Source of the DNA: Phycisphaerales bacterium
GTDB lineage: Bacteria > Planctomycetota > Phycisphaerae > UBA1845 > PWPN01
Assembly (NCBI GenBank): GCA_012729595.1
Contig: JAAYCU010000322.1
Coordinates: 5,859-69,858, forward strand
Length of the DNA: 64,000 nucleotides
Direction: 5' to 3'
Shown here: positions 19,014-27,213 of the stretch, piece by piece
Layout: every line of letters starts with the position of its first letter
Position numbering within the stretch: the first letter of the stretch is position 1
The notes under the pieces: generated by a model
What the model was told of the DNA's origin: nothing
Databases searched by the model: none
Seen by the model: only the letters and a program-made list of their open reading frames with translations
Made by a program: the position numbers and the translations under genes

Positions 19014-19396
19014 TTTGGAGGGTAACTCGCCTTCCGCGTGCAACACCAACAACGTCCCGGTCGCGCTTTTCGCGGGAGCTACTCGCCACGGCCGGGCCTT
19101 CTTCTTCGCCTGCCCGCCTTGACGACGGACACGCCGGACGGCCGGGTGGTCTTCGCCACGGCGAATCTCGCCGGATCGGACGGACCCGAGCACGGCACGA
19201 CCTGTGGAGTGCGGTGGCAACGACACCGCTTTGGCTATTCAACCAACGCGAAAATCCGGGCCAATTCACCCGGCGGAAAAAGCGGCGTCACGGCCGCCGC
19301 ACTCCATAATTTCGCCTGATCAGCATCCCTATCCCTCCGGAGGCCAGTAAAGCCATCATGCCGGGCTTGCCACGGCGTAGCAACCTGCCAGCGCAA

Positions 19397-20425
19397 TCAA
19401 GCCCGGCGTTTTCGTAAAACCATTCCTGCACAACCGATCAACAACAAGAGAACGGAGCCGGGCTCAGGAACCTCGGAGACACGGAACCCGTAACTGCTGC
19501 CCTCGCTCGACGGGTAGACGATGGTGCTGCGATACGACGCGTGCAGGTTGTAGTCGTAGATGTGGTACGACGCGCCACGCACACCGCGATACAAACCGTA
19601 ACTCACGGCTTCATTCCACTCCCACACGTTCCCGCCCTGATCGAACGTGCCGTATGGGCTGTCAGAGTTCTGGAACTCGCCCACGAGAGTCGTGTAGTAA
19701 GGCAAGTCGATCGGATACGGCGTTCCCAAATAGTTGGCGTTATTACCAGAAACGTCGTTCAGGTCGCGGCCTGGCACGCTGTCACTGCTCGTCGGGTAGT
19801 CCCAATAGTTGCCCGTTACGCCATCGTTCTTGTGATAGGCGGCCTTGTACCACTCGTCCTCGCTGGTGATCGCCCACTTCCAGTTGCTGTTGCGGTTGAC
19901 CGCCGAAAGCTCCGCATCCGTCATCGCACCGTTGAGTGTGTACGCGCCCGTCTCCGTCGTGCCCGCGCCCTGTTCCCCCGTCGGCTGATTATTGTGCAAC
20001 CAATTCGCAAAACGCGCGGCATCGCCCCACGAAACGAAGTTCACCGGGCGGTTGACGTGAGACGACGCGACCGTGTACGTGTAAGGGTTGCCCACGGTGC
20101 CACCGCCGCTTCGCGTGATCCCGCTGCCGTCACTGGTATTCGACATGTACGTGTTGTAGAGGGCATACGTGTCCACGCCCGCTACGGCGTTAAGGAACTC
20201 GGTGTATTGCCCAGCAGTAACTTCATATTTGCCGATGTTGTATGTGTAATCCACCGCTCCGCAGATGCGGTCAGGGCCATAGCCCCCATAGCTCTCGCCA
20301 GACCATTCGCCCGCATTGCCCGGATTGCCCACCGGGACGGTTTCCATGACGATGGCCTGCGCGCCCACGCCACAGGCCAGCAAGACGCCCGCTGCTACGA
20401 TTGCCATAAACTTTCTCGAAAGCAT
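19397..20425 (-). CDS. FGE-sulfatase (SUMF1/EgtB/PvdO-like) domain protein with C-terminal PEP-CTERM sorting signal
   Basis: Signal peptide MLSRKFMAIVAAGVLLACGVGAQA. FGE-domain blocks: YNIGKYEVTAGQY, PVNFVSWGDAARFANWL, GNVWEWNEA, RGASY and YGFRV. The C-terminus VPEPGSVLLLLIGCAGMVLRKRRA (about 19400-19471) consists of PEP, a TM helix and a basic tail. Confidence 0.8.
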   Translation of the reverse strand: MLSRKFMAIVAAGVLLACGVGAQAIVMETVPVGNPGNAGEWSGESYGGYGPDRICGAVDYTYNIGKYEVTAGQYTEFLNAVAGVDTYALYNTYMSNTSDGSGITRSGGGTVGNPYTYTVASSHVNRPVNFVSWGDAARFANWLHNNQPTGEQGAGTTETGAYTLNGAMTDAELSAVNRNSNWKWAITSEDEWYKAAYHKNDGVTGNYWDYPTSSDSVPGRDLNDVSGNNANYLGTPYPIDLPYYTTLVGEFQNSDSPYGTFDQGGNVWEWNEAVSYGLYRGVRGASYHIYDYNLHASYRSTIVYPSSEGSSYGFRVSEVPEPGSVLLLLIGCAGMVLRKRRA

Positions 20426-20640
20426 TTCGTGCTCCTGTCCTGAATTGTGCTAAATTGACGATTGCCCGGAGGTGACGCTTCTTTCCCGCCATATTCTGGC
20501 CATTGGCGACATTATAACATAACACCCCGGCCGGCGAATGTGCAAGCATTTATTTACAAAATGCCGAGAATGCTTCGGCCAGGGGGTCTTTGTAGGCATA
20601 ACTCTTTACCCCCCCCAAAAAAACTTACGTTCAAAACCCG

Positions 20641-20668
20641 CGGTATCGAGGTTCCCATCTCGATACCG
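20641..20668 (-). terminator. Possible terminator hairpin downstream of the small lipoprotein gene
   Basis: Perfect 10-bp inverted repeat CGGTATCGAG (20641-20650) / CTCGATACCG (20659-20668) with an 8-nt loop. On the minus strand it is followed by CGGGTTTTGAACG and later T7. It lies about 250 nt from the stop at 20921, so the assignment is weak. Confidence 0.3.
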
Positions 20669-20920
20669 TTCCGACGGCGACTCCTTTCGCGTATCGTGGA
20701 AGGAAAGGGATTCAGTAAAAGGGGGGCTATGGGGCCAGAGTGTATTGAGTCATTTGCGAGCTACCGAACGAGCTTGGTCAGAGTCCGGCCTATCGCGTCG
20801 GAGGCGTCCTCCATTGGTCGGAGGGCGGGCACGGCGCCGTTATGGCTGGTGTAGCTTCAGGCCTGAGCGGTCGCACGCACCTGATGCCGGTATTGACGCC
20901 GGGTCAGCACCGGCCGCGGC

Positions 20921-21352
20921 TTAATTGCCGAAAGCGATGTTCAAGCTGGTACCCAGACTATTGGTGGTAAAGGTGAAAGTAAGCGTATCGTTGCAGCCGA
21001 AATCGGTACCGTCGCGGTAAACTCGACTGGTCTTGGACGGCCCAAGCCCAAAAAGGATTTTCAGGTCGCCCTCCACGCGGATGGCTTGCAGTGCATCGCA
21101 GTCTCGCGAAAAAGTCACGGTTTCGCCGGCCGGGATGGTGTATCTCGCTTCGGTGCCTACATCCTTGAGCCGGAATTCGGGAATCAATTGCTCTTTATGA
21201 TAAAGAACGATGGTCTCCAGAACATAATTTGTATTGTTGATCAAGCGTACCGTAGTACCCGTACTGATGACATCGCATCCACTGGCCGCCGTCAGTAGCA
21301 AGCCGATCAGGACGGCCATCCAGACCTGGCCTGCCCGCCCGGGACGGGACAT
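20921..21352 (-). CDS. Small putative lipoprotein (hypothetical)
   Basis: MSRPGRAGQVWMAVLIGLLLTAASGCDV has a positive n-region, a hydrophobic core and a lipobox-like ASGC. The rest is beta-rich with no recognised family. The ORF opens at 21433, and the start is uncertain. Confidence 0.5.
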   Translation of the reverse strand: MSRPGRAGQVWMAVLIGLLLTAASGCDVISTGTTVRLINNTNYVLETIVLYHKEQLIPEFRLKDVGTEARYTIPAGETVTFSRDCDALQAIRVEGDLKILFGLGPSKTSRVYRDGTDFGCNDTLTFTFTTNSLGTSLNIAFGN

Positions 21353-21944
21353 AATCACCGACTGGCGTTGTCCAGGATTGGTACCTGCTTGAGTGCTATT
21401 CATAACACAACGGCTCATCTCAGACCCTTTCATAAGTCGTAGCTATTCGAGCCTTGACCGGGCACGTGTCCGGTCGGGTCTTGGAGGCTTGCATACTGCT
21501 CCCCCGCGGTCGTATGCAGTAGTTTATCGGAACGGTCGCGTTCGGATGCGGAATAAAAAAGCTATTCGCCTGGTTCCCCAAACAGGCTGCGATCCGGTTA
21601 TCAAAGACGGTTATAGGAGTTGACTTCGAGAGATTGACATAACGTTATGTTTCATAATCGCTTGGGCGAGCATGAATCGCGATGCGGCTTTTTGCATGTT
21701 GCCGAAAAACAACGCTTCGTTGCAGGCCTACGGAACGATCACGAAGTGAGCTTGTTCCCGCCGCGAGCTTTAACCTTTGATAAAGAAATGGGTTACAATA
21801 CTCGTGCGAGGCACGTCCCCCCTTTTTTGCACTGGCATAGCCGGTGCAAGATACAGTTGCGTCCGGGACCGACAGCGATGGCCCCGTAAAACTTGGCAAC
21901 GGGCCCGAGGGGCATAATCAATACTTTTTCATGGGGGAGAAGTC

Positions 21945-22211
21945 ATGGACGAAAATACATTCCAACAGAAACTCGGCGAACTGGTCGCGGAAATCGACAC
22001 GTTGCCGGAAGAGGAACGCCAACGGCTGACCCTGTTGGCCGAGGAGACCAAGCAGCGTCATCGCGAGTTGAAAAAAACGGTCAACACCCTGCACGAGAGT
22101 ATCGATTTCCTGCGTTTGTCGATCAAGTATCTGTTATTCGATCTGGAAGCCACGCGTCGCGAGAACGCGCGTTTGCGGAAGATGCTGGAGGAGGATGCCG
22201 GCTCGCAGTGA
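21945..22211 (+). CDS. Small coiled-coil protein (88 aa, hypothetical)
   Basis: The ATG is preceded by GGGGGAGAAG. The sequence is heptad-rich (LGELVAEIDTLPEEERQRLTLLAEETKQRHRELKKTVNTLHESIDFLRLSIKYLLFDLEATRRENARLRKMLEE). No family was recognised. Confidence 0.5.
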   Translation: MDENTFQQKLGELVAEIDTLPEEERQRLTLLAEETKQRHRELKKTVNTLHESIDFLRLSIKYLLFDLEATRRENARLRKMLEEDAGSQ

Positions 22212-22394
22212 GTCGGCGCTCGGCCCGGAAGCGACGGTCAGTAGGACGCCGCTAAGTAACCCGTCCGTTGCAGGGGGACTCGACGGCAACTTTGGAGGCG
22301 GACGAGATTCCTTTCCCGCAAGCTATCTCCCCGCTTGCCGGGACGCTATAACCTCTGGAAGGTTTTTGAGAATGGTCCGGTGCGTCCGGAGGTG

Positions 22395-22436
22395 AAAGGC
22401 GAACGTCGCGAAATGTCGGCGTTCGCCTTTCTTGTG
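22395..22436 (+). terminator. Possible terminator hairpin between convergent genes
   Basis: Perfect 11-bp inverted repeat AAAGGCGAACG (22395-22405) / CGTTCGCCTTT (22420-22430) with a 14-nt loop. It is followed by CTTGTG, a poor U-tract. Confidence 0.35.
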
Positions 22437-22513
22437 CGTCCAGCGACCAGCACTCAACGCTATCCTATGAAGTAGCGATTGCTCGCCCTCGACCACGACG
22501 GGAGCGGTCAGTC

Positions 22514-23296
22514 TTAAAGGGATTGGGCGGACTGCATAGCCGTCTCGAATAACAGTCGGCCGTCGCCGAGGTCGGCTTTACGCCGGGTCCATTGCGGGTG
22601 CTGCGTGGCGTGGATATGCCGCTCGGGGTGGGGCATGAGTCCGAGGATACGTCCGGTGTCATCAATAAGCCCCGCGATATGTCCCTCGCTGCCGTTGGGG
22701 TTGACGGGATATCCTCCCGGATGGCCCTGCGCATCGCAATAGGTCAAGGCCGCATGTCCCCCGGCTATCACTCGATCAAGAGTGGCCCGGTCGGCCGCGA
22801 CCAGTTTACCCTCGCCGTGGGCAATCGGCATGGTTAATATCCTATCAGGCGGCAGGAAGGCGTTGGCCCGTCCTCCGCTACGGAGGTGAATCCAGCGGTC
22901 CTCGAAACGGGCCGAGTCATTCTGGGTGAGAGTCATACAGGCCCGAGTCCCATTCGTCCCCCGTGCCCGAGGCAACAGGCCGGCCTTGATCAGCACCTGA
23001 AATCCGTTGCAGATCCCCAGTACCAATTTCCCCGCCTCGACAAACTCTCGCAAGGCATCGGACAAATAATGGATCAACTGGACGGCCAGGATCCTTCCGG
23101 CCGAAATGTCATCACCATAGCTGAAACCGCCTGGAATGGTTAAGATGGAATACTCCGCGAGTAGGGCGGGACGCTCCGTGAGCTCGCGGATATGCACGCG
23201 ACGCGTCTCCGCTCCGGCCAGCTCCCAGGCATAGGCGGTTTCCTCGTCGCAGTTGGTTCCGGCAGTACGCAGAATAAGGACTTTGACTGTACTCAT
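22514..23296 (-). CDS. purQ: Phosphoribosylformylglycinamidine synthase, glutaminase subunit PurQ
   Basis: MSTVKVLILRTAGTNCDEETAYAWELAGA. The nucleophile context is LVLGICNGFQVL, and the His/Glu end block is GLMPHPER. Size and layout fit PurQ. Confidence 0.9.
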   Translation of the reverse strand: MSTVKVLILRTAGTNCDEETAYAWELAGAETRRVHIRELTERPALLAEYSILTIPGGFSYGDDISAGRILAVQLIHYLSDALREFVEAGKLVLGICNGFQVLIKAGLLPRARGTNGTRACMTLTQNDSARFEDRWIHLRSGGRANAFLPPDRILTMPIAHGEGKLVAADRATLDRVIAGGHAALTYCDAQGHPGGYPVNPNGSEGHIAGLIDDTGRILGLMPHPERHIHATQHPQWTRRKADLGDGRLLFETAMQSAQSL

Positions 23297-23510
23297 AGCT
23301 GAGAGAGTTTAGAAAAGAACCGGCCGCTCTGCAAATATGCCGGTCTGCCCCATCGCGGGAAACCGCATCCGCTACGGCCGGCCCGCGTATACAAGGTGTA
23401 GATCGCGAAATAGTGATGCGATTGTCCGTCGCGGCATAATACCCCCAAAGTCGCGGCGCTTTAATCGCTTAAAAAGAGTCGCTAAGGGCCTCTATTTTGG
23501 GAGTGGATTC

Positions 23511-25163
23511 TTGAGATCACCCGTTGGACGATGGATCGTATGGATTCTGGGCATCCTGCTCAGCTTGGCCGGTGCGTGGATCAGTTACGGGCTGACCTTG
23601 GAACACTTCGATGCCAAGGTCAAACGCTTTCAACAAACCGTGGACGAGGCCCGAGTGGCCGCCACCCAACCGACTACCCAGCCCGATACGGAGGATCAGG
23701 CCGAGGCCGCGCCTCCGTCGCCAACGAGCGGGTCGCCCGACAACGCGCAGCATGCCGAGCAAGAAAAAGGTTTTCTCGAACAAGTCTGTGAAGCCTTTGA
23801 GACATCCAGTTGCGAGGAGGTGGCCCTCAGTAAATGGGGAGAAATAAAGCTGGGGAGCCAGGCGGAGGCCTCGGCCATACCGACAGCCCTGCTGGGCATG
23901 TTTTATTTTCTGGCTGTGGCCTGGTGGCTCGTGCTGATCGGACAGGTCAGCCCCTCGCGATGGTGGGCCCATCTTCCGCTGGTGCTGGTGGCCGCCATCG
24001 GCCTGGCGATCAGCATCTTCCTCGACGTAATCATGTTCTCCCAGTTGGAGTTCTGGTGTCCGTGGTGTCTGGTTACGCATATCCTCAGCCTGCTGTTATT
24101 CGTATGCGTACTGCTGCTTTGGCCGCGTAAGTTGCCGGAAGCGCCAACCGCCCCGGAATCCTCGTCCGCGATCCATGTGTCCGAGCTGGTTAATGAATGG
24201 CCCCACTGGTGGATGCTGTCCGTTACGCCGGTGGTGATTCTGCTGACCCTGGCCCTTGCCCATCTGTATCTCTGGCGCGGTTACGAGAATCGAATGGTGG
24301 AGATCCGGATCAAGATGGATCAGGAAACCATCCGCCGGGCCGCCAAGAGCCTGGAAAGATATGAAGCCGACCTCGCCCGGAACAAGAAAGGTTACCAAAA
24401 CCTCAAGCAGCGTTACGAAGGGTCTTGGCAACACATGTTCACCGCGTGGCAAATTGCCCCGCGCGTTGATATTCCCATCGAGAATCGGCCCAGTTTCGGT
24501 CCGCCGGATGCCCGCCATACGGTAGTGATCTTCAGCGATTTCGCCTGCCCGGCCTGCCGGCGATACGAGAAGTGGTTCTATGATACCATCGTTCCGCTTG
24601 GCGATAGATATGGCGGGCTGAAAGTCGTGTTCAAGCATTGGCCGATCTGTACCGATGGCTGTAATCCGCGTGTGTTCTACAATCTGCATCCGCAAGCCTG
24701 CGCCTCCGCGCGGGCCGCCGAAGCGGCGTTTGTTGTCGGCGGGGATGACGCCTTTTGGAAAATGCACGGCCTGTTGTTTGAACATGACACGGATTGGTTA
24801 CCCAATCCTGCCAAGTTTATGGAATATGCCCAACAGATCGGGCTGGACATGAACGCCTTCGTGGCGGCCATGGACAGTGAGGAAGTGCTGGAGCGTATCA
24901 AACGCGATGCCGAGGAAGGATTCAACCTCGGGCGCGACCAGGCCAACGCTACTGAGCGAAAATATATACAAGTCAACAGCACGCCGTCCCTGTTTGTCGA
25001 TGGCAAGCGGTTGCCCAATCCGGGGTTTGTAAACACATGGAAGGCCATCCTGCGAATGCCTGCGCCCAAGCCGACTCCATCCGCTTCAGACCCCGCCTCC
25101 TTGTCGGAAGACGAGGCCATGGCAACACAACCCTCGGAGTCGGAACAGCTCGGGGAGCCCTGA
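23511..25163 (+). CDS. Vitamin K epoxide reductase (VKOR)-family membrane domain fused to a DsbA/thioredoxin-like domain
   Basis: The VKOR loop Cys pair is CEAFETSSC (23787-23813), with 7 residues between the cysteines. The membrane CxxC is FWCPWCLVTH (24057-24068). The thioredoxin-fold CPAC is FSDFACPACRRY (24546-24557). Proposed TTG start at 23511 (GGGAG + 7 nt). The track ORF opens at 23337, only 40 nt from the divergent purQ. Confidence 0.8.
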   Translation: MRSPVGRWIVWILGILLSLAGAWISYGLTLEHFDAKVKRFQQTVDEARVAATQPTTQPDTEDQAEAAPPSPTSGSPDNAQHAEQEKGFLEQVCEAFETSSCEEVALSKWGEIKLGSQAEASAIPTALLGMFYFLAVAWWLVLIGQVSPSRWWAHLPLVLVAAIGLAISIFLDVIMFSQLEFWCPWCLVTHILSLLLFVCVLLLWPRKLPEAPTAPESSSAIHVSELVNEWPHWWMLSVTPVVILLTLALAHLYLWRGYENRMVEIRIKMDQETIRRAAKSLERYEADLARNKKGYQNLKQRYEGSWQHMFTAWQIAPRVDIPIENRPSFGPPDARHTVVIFSDFACPACRRYEKWFYDTIVPLGDRYGGLKVVFKHWPICTDGCNPRVFYNLHPQACASARAAEAAFVVGGDDAFWKMHGLLFEHDTDWLPNPAKFMEYAQQIGLDMNAFVAAMDSEEVLERIKRDAEEGFNLGRDQANATERKYIQVNSTPSLFVDGKRLPNPGFVNTWKAILRMPAPKPTPSASDPASLSEDEAMATQPSESEQLGEP

Positions 25164-25331
25164 GCACAAGGACGGGATTCTCCGCCCAGGTCTTGAATGG
25201 GCTTGGATCAGGGGTTATGCTTCGCGCAAATTACCGAAGGGGAATCCGTGGGTTCCCGGCATGCCGGGATAACCGCCGCGAACGGCTGAAAACCCCCAAT
25301 CACATGAAATGGACAGACGAAGGAGGTTGCC

Positions 25332-27107
25332 ATGGGACGAACACTTCTGGCCGCGACACTTATTGGTCTTCTGGTTTTTGCATGGCCGACTGGCACGATA
25401 TCCGCCGAGTCTTTCTCCATCATGACCGCGCCGGAATTGGCCGGGCGAATTGAAACGGACCCTCGGGTACGACGTTATGTGCAACCCTCTCGAATCGTGT
25501 GGCACAGCGATAATCAGACGGTCGAAAATCCGCAGGCCCTGCTGCTGCGGCGCAGCGGGCAGGTGACGCTCGACGCCTCGAATCCGTGTGTACTGAGAAA
25601 TAGCGGGGACGGCCAGGCCAGCGTACTCCTGGATTTCGGAAAACAACTGCAGGGCGGTGTACAGATCGCGGTCTGGCACACGAAGAATAACCAGCCGGTT
25701 CGCATGCGGGTCCGGTTCGGCGAATCCGTCAGCGAAGCTATGGCCGAACTTGGTGGGGACAGAAACGCTACGAACGATCATGCCATCCGCGACGACCGCG
25801 TCCTGGTCCCCTGGCTGGGCACCACGGAGATCGGAAACACGGGTTTTCGCTTCGTACGGATCGATCTGGAGGACGCCGACAGCTTTGCCCAGATTCAGGC
25901 CGTGCGGGCGGTATTCATCTACCGCGACCTGCCCTACCTGGGCTCGTTCCGGTGCAACGATGAACGTCTCAATCATATCTGGCGGACCGGGGCCTACACT
26001 GTCCACCTCAACATGCAGGATTATCTGTGGGACGGGATCAAGCGTGACCGGCTGGTCTGGATCGGAGACCTGCACCCCGAAACGATGAGCATCTTAGCGG
26101 TCTTCGGGGCCGATGAGGTGATACCCAAAAGCCTCGACCTGATCCGCGACGAGACTCCGCTACCCCAGTGGATGAACGGTATAAGCTCCTATTCCATGTG
26201 GTGGGTTCTACTCCATCAGTCCTGGTACGAGTATACCGGGGACAAAGAGTATCTCAGTCAACAGCGAAGTTACCTGACAGGCCTGCTTGACCTGCTGGCG
26301 CAGCAGGTTGGGCCGGATAATCGCGAGACGTTACCACCAGCCCGTTTCCTGGATTGGCCCAGCAGCGAGAATGCCCCCGCCATCCATGCGGGTCTGCACT
26401 CCATGTTAATAATGACTCTACGGGCGGGAGCGGAGCTTTGCGCGGTACTCGATGAATCCGCTACGCGCGACAATTGCCTTGCCGCGGTGGATAAACTTGT
26501 CAAGCACGTGCCTGATCCCGCCGACAGCAAACAAGCGGCGGCCTTGATCGCCTTGGCGGGGCTGGACGATCCCGCCCGGCTTAACCAAGCGGTGATGGCC
26601 GTAGATGGGGCTCGCCGGATGTCAACCTTCTATGGCTACTACGTACTCCAGGCGCGAGCGATGGCCGGCGATTATAAGGGGGCCTTGGACTGTATCAGGG
26701 AGTACTGGGGGGCCATGCTGGACCTGGGCGCCACGACCTTCTGGGAAGACTTCAATCTTGACTGGACCGAAAATGCCGCCCGAATCGATGAACTGGTTCC
26801 CGAAGGCAAGAAGGACATCCACGGAGACTTCGGCAACTATTGCTACAAGGGCTTCCGCCACAGCCTCTGTCATGGCTGGGCCTCTGGCCCGACCGCCTGG
26901 CTCTCGGAACATGTGTTGGGGGTAAAGGTATTGGAGCCGGGCTGCCGGGTAGTGCGGATCGATCCGCACCTGGGCGATCTGGATTGGGCCGAGGGTAGTT
27001 ATCCCACCCCATTGGGTATTATCCGAGTCCGTCACGAAAAACGTCCCGACGGCACGATCCATAGCGATATTCAGGCCCCCGCGGAAATCGAAATTGTCCG
27101 GCCATAA
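25332..27107 (+). CDS. GH78-related six-hairpin glycosidase (alpha-L-rhamnosidase-like, short form)
   Basis: Signal peptide MGRTLLAATLIGLLVFAWPTGTISA. The catalytic-domain blocks are DGIKRDRLVWIGDLHPE and FRHSLCHGWASGPTAWLSEHVLGVKV, followed by the C-terminal beta-sandwich GSYPTPLGIIRVRHEK. Confidence 0.7.
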   Translation: MGRTLLAATLIGLLVFAWPTGTISAESFSIMTAPELAGRIETDPRVRRYVQPSRIVWHSDNQTVENPQALLLRRSGQVTLDASNPCVLRNSGDGQASVLLDFGKQLQGGVQIAVWHTKNNQPVRMRVRFGESVSEAMAELGGDRNATNDHAIRDDRVLVPWLGTTEIGNTGFRFVRIDLEDADSFAQIQAVRAVFIYRDLPYLGSFRCNDERLNHIWRTGAYTVHLNMQDYLWDGIKRDRLVWIGDLHPETMSILAVFGADEVIPKSLDLIRDETPLPQWMNGISSYSMWWVLLHQSWYEYTGDKEYLSQQRSYLTGLLDLLAQQVGPDNRETLPPARFLDWPSSENAPAIHAGLHSMLIMTLRAGAELCAVLDESATRDNCLAAVDKLVKHVPDPADSKQAAALIALAGLDDPARLNQAVMAVDGARRMSTFYGYYVLQARAMAGDYKGALDCIREYWGAMLDLGATTFWEDFNLDWTENAARIDELVPEGKKDIHGDFGNYCYKGFRHSLCHGWASGPTAWLSEHVLGVKVLEPGCRVVRIDPHLGDLDWAEGSYPTPLGIIRVRHEKRPDGTIHSDIQAPAEIEIVRP

Positions 27108-27213
27108 GACAGGAATGTCCTTTACGGCTTGATGAACAGGCAACGCTAAGTCAAATACCCCGACGACGGATTGATCGTCTCAATCCCCAAACGAATTGGA
27201 AGGAGTCGCCGAC

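Noticed and set aside
21770-21799. TTAACC-N18-TACAAT as a promoter for the 88-aa coiled-coil gene
   Set aside because: It is a plausible sigma-70-like match, but the hexamers are weak and the promoter consensus of this lineage is unknown. It is not reported as a feature.
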